Virus record (IMG/VR): IMGVR_UViG_3300045988_001100
Span: 1-6,189 of that record
Reading direction: 5' to 3' (one strand)
Source of the DNA: a virus
DNA: 6,189 nucleotides
Shown: positions 1-3,955 of the stretch, one piece after another
Position numbering within the stretch: the stretch's first letter is position 1
Layout of the letters: every line of letters starts with the position of its first letter
The notes under the pieces: generated by a model
The model's input: the letters and a program-made list of their open reading frames with translations, nothing else
What the model was told of the DNA's origin: nothing
Databases searched by the model: none
Program-made: the position numbers and the translations under genes

Positions 1-55
1 ACCAACCTCCAATATAATGACAATGGTTTCCCATGTATTCAGGGGCTTTAATACC
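1..55. repeat. Terminal direct repeat, copy 1 (identical to 6135..6189); assembly overlap marking a circular 6,134-nt genome
   Basis: accaacctccaatataatgacaatggtttcccatgtattcaggggctttaatacc occurs at both window ends with 55/55 identity. The repeat lies inside an uninterrupted coding frame (VP1), which fits circular closure rather than a biological terminal repeat. Confidence 0.95.
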
Positions 56-1132
56 AAACTGGGCGGCCATCTGATCCGAATAATCCTTACTAGAGAATTG
101 TATTACTTCCTTCCAACGCTGGAGGTATTCAGTTGCACGGATTGAGAGGGCAGAAAGATTAGAATTAAGAAAAGCATTACGAGCATTAGAAGAATTCTGG
201 TTGGTGACAGTAAGATTAGGAGTACCCTTATCCTGCTTTATTAAGCCATAATAAGGAGCAGATCGAGCAGAATAAACAACTAGACTATTAGGCTCATCAG
301 ATGGAGAGTAAAAAGACGGCAAAGCAGCTACCGAACCATATTGAGAATTAGGGAGTATACCCATAAAGTAGTCTTTCGAATAATTAGCATAACGAAGTTT
401 CAACATATCGGCAGCAAGAGTAATGGGAGAATTTCCAGTCCAATAGTCTACATTATATGCATATGCTAGATGTTTTTCCCATTGAGAATTTGAAAAAGCG
501 TCATAATAAATTTTTTGATACGTAAGAAGAGGAAGGATATTAACAGTTTGAGGCGTATCGAAGACCAATGGATTAACACCGTCTGACAGATTGTCAAGAC
601 CTAAATACTTCTGAGTGATGGCAGCTTTAGCAGTATTACCAGTTCCAACCATAGAACCATAACCAAGCATATCAAGCAGCTTACAAGAACCATAAACTAA
701 CGGCAAACCAGCATCATCACGGGTATTAGTCTGATCATTAGCATTCGCCGCCTGCAAGTAAGAACTTATATGAGACTGTTGAACATAAGGAACTTGAGCA
801 AGTTGAGTAGTGTTCTCATTGTAACTAGCGGCAGAAGTCATATAATCGGACATCTGAGTAAACGCCTGAGGAAGAGCACGAGAAATCAAGCGTAACGGCA
901 CAGCATAAAAGTCATAATACTCTTTAATACGAGTATAAGCAGCCGTATTAACGGGAACAGTACGGGTAAACCAATCAGAGGAAATACGGTATTTATTACC
1001 GGGGATAGCAATCTGCCAATAGACGGGCAGAATTTCACCAACTTTCGCCGTAAACAACTTTTTACTAGACAGGTCAAAGGAAGAGCGATGAACGGCAACT
1101 TTCGCTCGGTCTAGCGGATTAAAATCACTCAT
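1..1132 (-). CDS. VP1: Major capsid protein (Microviridae VP1 / F family), N-terminal 377 codons; continues through the circular junction into 6134..5521
   Basis: ATG at 1132..1130, preceded in frame by TAA at 1141..1139. I scanned every + strand triplet from 2-4 to 896-898 in this phase (starts 2,5,8...) and translated 1132 down to ~775 directly; neither pass shows a minus-strand stop (no tta/cta/tca). Translation: MSDFNPLDRAKVAVHRSSFDLSSKKLFTAKVGEILPVYWQIAIPGNKYRISSDWFTRTVPVNTAAYTRIKEYYDFYAVPLRLIS ... LPLLTYQKIYYDAFSNSQWE ... LKLRYANYSKDYFMGILPNSQYG ... LSIRATEYLQRWKEVIQFSSKDYSDQMAAQFGIKAPEYMGNHCHYIGGW. These are the conserved blocks of microvirus major capsid proteins. The ORF is absent from the supplied track because it is open at the window edge. 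Confidence 0.95.
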   Translation of the reverse strand, partial: MSDFNPLDRAKVAVHRSSFDLSSKKLFTAKVGEILPVYWQIAIPGNKYRISSDWFTRTVPVNTAAYTRIKEYYDFYAVPLRLISRALPQAFTQMSDYMTSAASYNENTTQLAQVPYVQQSHISSYLQAANANDQTNTRDDAGLPLVYGSCKLLDMLGYGSMVGTGNTAKAAITQKYLGLDNLSDGVNPLVFDTPQTVNILPLLTYQKIYYDAFSNSQWEKHLAYAYNVDYWTGNSPITLAADMLKLRYANYSKDYFMGILPNSQYGSVAALPSFYSPSDEPNSLVVYSARSAPYYGLIKQDKGTPNLTVTNQNSSNARNAFLNSNLSALSIRATEYLQRWKEVIQFSSKDYSDQMAAQFGIKAPEYMGNHCHYIGGW

Positions 1133-1139
1133 TAATAAT

Positions 1140-1155
1140 TAATTTAATTAAATTA
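1140..1155. repeat. 16-nt perfect AT-only palindrome TAATTTAATTAAATTA at the VP4 stop / VP1 start junction
   Basis: Bases 1140..1155 are self-complementary. The palindrome overlaps the VP4 TAA (1153-1155) and fills most of the 20-nt VP4-VP1 spacer. Low-complexity AT sequence, so chance is plausible. Confidence 0.5.
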
Positions 1156-2982
1156 GACCATACGGTTAAATATATTATTAGCGTCATTTAGCTTCTTATG
1201 TTTAATCATATCACGGCAGAACTTCGATGCACGGTTATAAAGACACCTTTGTAAGTCGTCGCACAAATCGTTGTAATTTGCAGGTTGCGAGGCTTTAAAG
1301 GATGGTCCGACCAGACGAGAAAGAGCTGGGGAAAGTAATAATTTTCGGGGGTCATCAAAGTATAAAACGGTTGGTTTGATTCCGGCCATAACATCTCGAA
1401 TAGTGTAGTCGGAAAAGGTTCCGTCTTCTTCCTCTTTAACAATCGACCTTTCACATCCTGAGGCTGGTACATAAAAATATCGCAATAAAGGGAATTCACA
1501 TGTTTCTTGTATTCGCAACGAATCACACATTCGTACATAGTCCGCTTTCTTTTCATAGTCTATACCTGTTTTAATGATAAAATTAATACGGGCGGCATAA
1601 GGAGACAAATCATCACCGATGCCAGGGAGATGCCAATTGCGGAGAAACTTAGCGACATAAAGGAACAGCCGATATAGCTTATTAATAAAATATTCAACAT
1701 CGACATCGCTAGAACTGTTAACGAACCTAGTAAGGCACCTAGCATTATGTAATAAAATCTTATCATCATCAGTTAATATATGATTTAAAGTTATGTATTT
1801 ATAATAAGCACGCACGATAGACAAGATAGAATCACTATCATAATCTATGATACCGAAGCGTGCGATTCTTTTCGGCGCTGTTCCAACAGCACTAATAACT
1901 CTATATATCGCAACAGAATCATCATTGCGAGCTCCTGAAAATCTGGGGAGTAAGGAACGGATATACGATAAGGGGGGAGTCGAGTTGACAACGATGCCAT
2001 TAAAGTTATACTCTCGTCCATTAATGACTGAATCGATTTTCGTTTCAATTTGCGCATAGACATCTTCACCTTCATCGAATGTCTCACCTTTTTCAAAGAA
2101 TCCAAGAGAGGCTCTGGACCGGGGTTTAAACGAGCGGCATGATCGATAAAGAGAGGGAGCAGAAGCCAAGCTGTTAACGTACGACGCAACGTACGATGAA
2201 CATCCACCGTTGGAACGTTGGATATCTGAACGACCGAGCTTCCAACTTTTACTATGACACTCTCGAAGGACATCGGCGATTTCCTTCGAGTTGAAGAATA
2301 GTAACAAATGGAAATGCGGGCGGAAATGGACTGGGCCATATTCTCCCACAGCGTAAAAAGATATCTTTTCATTGGTATATCTATCTAAATGTCTACGTAA
2401 TCGTTTAATATAATTCTGAACATCTACGTAATTCAGGTAAGGGATAAGGTTATTACCGTATTTACGGGAAAGCTCTCCATCCTTACCGTAAGGTGTAGCG
2501 GACTGCGTCTTACCAATAAAGGAACGGATAGCATCCATAGAAAGAAACCAATTCTCTCTAATCGGCTCATATTGACCTGTCTCACGATTATACGGTACTG
2601 TACCTTGTACTTGTGTAAAGTATATATGCTGCAATCGCTGAGGATCAGTGGTGCAAAACTTAGACACCTGGACATAAGCGTGTTTCTCATAACCATGAAC
2701 AACACCGGAATCACTTAAAACATCATCGTATTCAGAATAGTATACTTCACAATTGAATAGAGGAATGTGTTCATTATCATAGGTGAGCGTAACAAACCAA
2801 CACTGTTCGAAGGCACTTCCAGCGGTCTTCACACGCATGGACGCCTTTTGAGCTCGCTTATGGATACAGTAGTCACATTGACCGCAATCTACAGCGATAC
2901 GCTTACCGGTATATTTGTTGGTAATAAATGAACGATGCTGACAATGGTCAACAGCTTTAAGCAATTCCGGCGAATATTTCAT
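1153..2982 (-). CDS. VP4: Replication initiation protein (HUH rolling-circle endonuclease, microvirus VP4 / phiX174 gene A-like), unusually long (609-612 aa)
   Basis: Single long ORF. N-terminal Cys cluster HCQH...CGQCDYC. Motif I is FVTLTY (2779..2796). The KRLRR...SFYAVGEYGP block leads into motif II, RPHFHLLLF (HFH at 2308..2316). Motif III is the two-tyrosine YVASY (2179..2193; compare YVAKY in phiX174 A). The track start at 2991 is TTG, overlapping the upstream TGA as TTGA; the first ATG is at 2982 (MKYSPELL). Either start is possible. Confidence 0.95.
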   Translation of the reverse strand: MKYSPELLKAVDHCQHRSFITNKYTGKRIAVDCGQCDYCIHKRAQKASMRVKTAGSAFEQCWFVTLTYDNEHIPLFNCEVYYSEYDDVLSDSGVVHGYEKHAYVQVSKFCTTDPQRLQHIYFTQVQGTVPYNRETGQYEPIRENWFLSMDAIRSFIGKTQSATPYGKDGELSRKYGNNLIPYLNYVDVQNYIKRLRRHLDRYTNEKISFYAVGEYGPVHFRPHFHLLLFFNSKEIADVLRECHSKSWKLGRSDIQRSNGGCSSYVASYVNSLASAPSLYRSCRSFKPRSRASLGFFEKGETFDEGEDVYAQIETKIDSVINGREYNFNGIVVNSTPPLSYIRSLLPRFSGARNDDSVAIYRVISAVGTAPKRIARFGIIDYDSDSILSIVRAYYKYITLNHILTDDDKILLHNARCLTRFVNSSSDVDVEYFINKLYRLFLYVAKFLRNWHLPGIGDDLSPYAARINFIIKTGIDYEKKADYVRMCDSLRIQETCEFPLLRYFYVPASGCERSIVKEEEDGTFSDYTIRDVMAGIKPTVLYFDDPRKLLLSPALSRLVGPSFKASQPANYNDLCDDLQRCLYNRASKFCRDMIKHKKLNDANNIFNRMV

Positions 2983-2987
2983 AAGTA

Positions 2988-3293
2988 TCAACGCTTATCT
3001 ATTACCTGTCGACGATTACGTGAACAGAATGAAACATGAATAAATGTCGGATATATAATAAGCTGGTCAAATGGCGAAACATTATCAGAAAAAAAATGAA
3101 TCTCTTCAAGCAACTTATTAAACGTAGTAGAACCAAAAGGCTTAATATCAACAGCTTCACCTACAAGATGCTGAGAATTCGGAGCACCATTGCAAGCTTT
3201 ATTCTGCTCAGGAGTACGTCTGGCACTAGTTACAGAAAAATGAACATTAGAATACAACAAGTACTCAAGAAAATGCATAAGAGTATAATTCAT
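2988..3293 (-). CDS. Peptidase M15-like (Peptidase_M15_3 / LAS-type zinc peptidase) small protein; putative peptidoglycan hydrolase
   Basis: The 101-aa ORF contains TSARRTPEQNKACNGAPNSQHLVGEAVDI, which matches the family signature SGYR-x4-N-x3-GG-x3-S-x-H-x2-G-x-A-x-D. It also has a C-terminal FIHVSF in place of the usual F-V-H-V-D. Putative zinc ligands are H42 (3168-3170), D49 (3147-3149) and H86 (3036-3038). No signal peptide. The start ATG overlaps the upstream micro-ORF stop (ATGA). Confidence 0.8.
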   Translation of the reverse strand: MNYTLMHFLEYLLYSNVHFSVTSARRTPEQNKACNGAPNSQHLVGEAVDIKPFGSTTFNKLLEEIHFFSDNVSPFDQLIIYPTFIHVSFCSRNRRQVIDKR

Positions 3294-3373
3294 AGTCCAA
3301 TAGCATTAAGAATGTAACCTAAAGCAGCAGAAACAGCGCCAATAACAATTTTCCAGATATTACTACTTTTCAT
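3290..3373 (-). CDS. 27-aa micro-ORF encoding a single transmembrane helix (MKSSNIWKIVIGAVSAALGYILNAIGL); holin-like / small membrane peptide candidate
   Basis: ATG at 3373. Its TGA stop overlaps the peptidase ATG (ATGA at 3290-3293). It has a charged N-terminus followed by a ~20-residue hydrophobic stretch. Both other sense frames contain stops across 3294-3362, so this is the only coding option for an otherwise empty 69-nt spacer. The upstream part of the 74-aa track ORF (3374-3514) looks like a +1-frame artefact of the 66-aa gene. Confidence 0.4.
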   Translation of the reverse strand: MKSSNIWKIVIGAVSAALGYILNAIGL

Positions 3374-3563
3374 TGTCTTGAGATTTAAAATAAACAAAAT
3401 CACTTTCTTCTTTAATCGAATCCACAATAATGATAAAGCCCAACGAAGACATTCGCTCAGAATAACTTCCAAGACCATCGAGAGAATTGACAATATAAGG
3501 CGGAACAACATCACAACCAGTAGATTTTCCTTTAACTGAAATAATAAATTTCTGCATAATCAT
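3363..3563 (-). CDS. Hypothetical protein, 66 aa (MIMQKFIISVKGKSTGCDVVPPYIVNSLDGLGSYSERMSSLGFIIIVDSIKEESDFVYFKSQDNEK)
   Basis: Globular-looking composition, in contrast to the Leu-rich overlapping frame. ATGs at 3563 and 3557; the 82-aa track version starts at a TTG (3611). TAG stop at 3363-3365. No family recognised by eye. Confidence 0.55.
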   Translation of the reverse strand: MIMQKFIISVKGKSTGCDVVPPYIVNSLDGLGSYSERMSSLGFIIIVDSIKEESDFVYFKSQDNEK

Positions 3564-3608
3564 AATCTTTTTTAATGTTAATAATACTGAGTTAGCTTCT
3601 ACAGAGGA

Positions 3609-3640
3609 CAAAGGAAGATATTATTTTTTATATATACAAG
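3609..3640 (-). promoter_or_regulatory. Candidate Bacteroidetes-type promoter for the small-ORF / peptidase / VP4 block
   Basis: The sense strand reads CTTG (3640-3637), then 20 nt of AT-rich spacer, then TTCCTTTG (3616-3609). This approximates the Bacteroides -33 TTTG / -7 TAnnTTTG consensus with one mismatch in each box, about 45 nt upstream of the ATG at 3563. Pattern match only. Confidence 0.25.
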
Positions 3641-3651
3641 ATTTCTACGGA

Positions 3652-3660
3652 TTTTTTTTT
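3652..3660. repeat. T9 (sense strand A9) homopolymer flanked by a TACGG direct repeat
   Basis: ctacgg-a-ttttttttt-ag-tacgg at 3645-3667. The tract is non-coding. Confidence 0.9.
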
Positions 3661-3706
3661 AGTACGGTCTTGTGTGAGTTCGACGTTTATGGACAAGAGA
3701 GGAGAG

Positions 3707-3729
3707 AAACTGAGAGGATAACTCAGTTT
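3707..3729 (-). terminator. Hairpin (8-bp stem AAACTGAG / CTCAGTTT, 7-nt loop) followed on the sense strand by a T/C-rich run; possible terminator of the VP1-VP3-VP2 transcript
   Basis: Perfect inverted repeat 3707-3714 / 3722-3729. The sense strand continues TTTCTCTCCTCTCTTG. The stem is AT-rich and the U-tract is imperfect. Confidence 0.3.
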
Positions 3730-3750
3730 TGCGTTCGCATCGAACTAGGG

Positions 3751-3757
3751 GCTTCGC
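3751..3757 (-). other. GCGAAGC heptamer on the sense (virion) strand: sequence of the hyperstable DNA mini-hairpin
   Basis: The + strand reads gcttcgc at 3751-3757, so the sense strand reads GCGAAGC. A 5-bp/3-nt-loop hairpin GTTCG-cat-CGAAC lies next to it at 3733-3745. Confidence 0.6.
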
Positions 3758-3796
3758 TTGAATAACAAAGTGGATGTATACAAGGTGTATAGGCAC

Positions 3797-3818
3797 GGCA
3801 GGTCAGGTAGAACCTGCC
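3797..3818 (-). other. Hairpin, 7-bp GC-rich stem GGCAGGT / ACCTGCC with 8-nt loop; alternative 5-bp CAGGT / ACCTG pairing within it
   Basis: Perfect inverted repeat 3797-3803 / 3812-3818. ACCTG is duplicated on the sense strand, which allows two registers. Confidence 0.65.
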
Positions 3819-3847
3819 TTTGCGCACCTACGTGCTAAAATACCGAA

Positions 3848-3878
3848 GCGGAACGCTTCTCTAAGGAAGTCGCTCCGC
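3848..3878 (-). other. Strongest hairpin of the region: 12-bp stem with one bulge, 6-nt loop; competes with a 6-bp triloop hairpin at 3845-3859
   Basis: On the sense strand GCGGAGCG-A-CTTC [CTTAGA] GAAG-CGTTCCGC pairs. One position is a G.T(U) wobble on the sense strand, which becomes an A.C mismatch on the + strand. The segment 3848-3859 can instead fold as GAAGCG-TTC-CGCTTC (3845-3859). Confidence 0.7.
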
Positions 3879-3904
3879 TCCATTTTATACCAGGCCTTAC
3901 GCAG

Positions 3905-3933
3905 GCGGCGGGTGTATATCGCTCAAGCGCCGC
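3905..3933 (-). other. Hairpin with 6-bp all-GC stem (GCGGCG / CGCCGC) and 17-nt loop carrying GATATACACC; alternative ATCGC / GCGAT stem at 3918-3936
   Basis: Inverted repeat 3905-3910 / 3928-3933. On the sense strand the loop reads CTTGAGCGATATACACC. Confidence 0.6.
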
Positions 3934-3955
3934 GATGGGCTTTTAGTCCTAAAGG

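Larger units (their letters stand above)
3564..3955 (-). other. Large intergenic region: AT-rich promoter-like part (3564-3660) plus a GC-rich, hairpin-dense core (about 3700-3945)
   Basis: No sense-strand ORF longer than 26 codons. Hand-counted G+C is 52-55% for the three 60-nt blocks 3781-3960, against 38% for 1-60 and 33% for 4021-4080. There are at least six inverted repeats, listed separately. A purine-rich tract on the + strand at 3691-3720 gives a polypyrimidine run on the sense strand. Confidence 0.8.

Noticed and set aside
886-1098. Minus-strand ORFs 886-1098, 4834-5016, 5058-5246 and the 3374-3514 part of the 74-aa ORF
   Set aside because: Each lies in the +1 frame of a real gene (VP1, VP2, the 146-aa gene, the 66-aa gene). 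In that frame a T-rich wobble position becomes codon position 2, which gives stop-poor, Leu/Ile/Phe-rich pseudo-proteins.
1108-1137. TATTAAT ... TAGACC on the sense strand at the VP1 start, reminiscent of the phiX174 origin (CAACTTGATATTAATAACACTATAGACCAC)
   Set aside because: Only two short AT-rich blocks match, the spacing differs (24 versus 14 nt), and the CAACTTG part is absent. In a sequence this AT-rich the match is expected by chance.
1163-1175. GGTTAAAT on the + strand resembling the XerD arm of dif (TTATGTTAAAT)
   Set aside because: It lies inside the VP4 coding sequence on the antisense strand. No XerC arm or central region sits at the correct spacing, and the site is far from the GGTGCGCA element.
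1847-2059. Plus-strand ORFs 1847-2059, 3036-3317, 3986-4318 and 4694-4975
   Set aside because: All are antisense to well-supported minus-strand genes (VP4, peptidase, VP2). Their translations are low-complexity (Ile/Leu/Arg/Ser-rich) with no recognisable motifs. They look like typical shadow ORFs.
3564-3611. N-terminal extension of the small gene to the TTG at 3611 (82-aa track version)
   Set aside because: The extension depends on a TTG start and adds MSSVEANSVLLTLKKI upstream of two good ATGs (3563, 3557). It would also overlap the putative -7 promoter box. The shorter form is preferred, but the choice is not proven.
3678-3745. GTTCGA / GTTCGAT strings (3678-3683 on the + strand, 3733-3745 on the sense strand) resembling tRNA T-loops, possibly a tRNA fragment or attP
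   Set aside because: The flanks cannot form a 5-bp T-stem around a 7-nt loop, and no acceptor, D or anticodon arms can be drawn. The 3733-3745 element is a simple 5-bp/3-nt hairpin.
3803-3883. Sense-strand 26-codon ORF (MERSDFLREAFRFGILARRCAKAGST) inside the non-coding island
   Set aside because: It is very short and coincides with the two strongest hairpins, so its sequence is explained by the structure. It has no coupling to neighbouring genes. I cannot exclude a small basic peptide without comparative data.
3866-3915. Sense-strand CCGCC...GGTATAAAATGGAGCGGAGCG, superficially like the 3' half of a twister ribozyme as I remember it; CUGA-containing strings also checked for a hammerhead core
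   Set aside because: There is no room for the internal P4 stem or pseudoknot partners. The P1 pairing would be only 4 bp. No CUGANGA...GAAA hammerhead core is present on either strand. A covariance-model scan would be needed to be certain.
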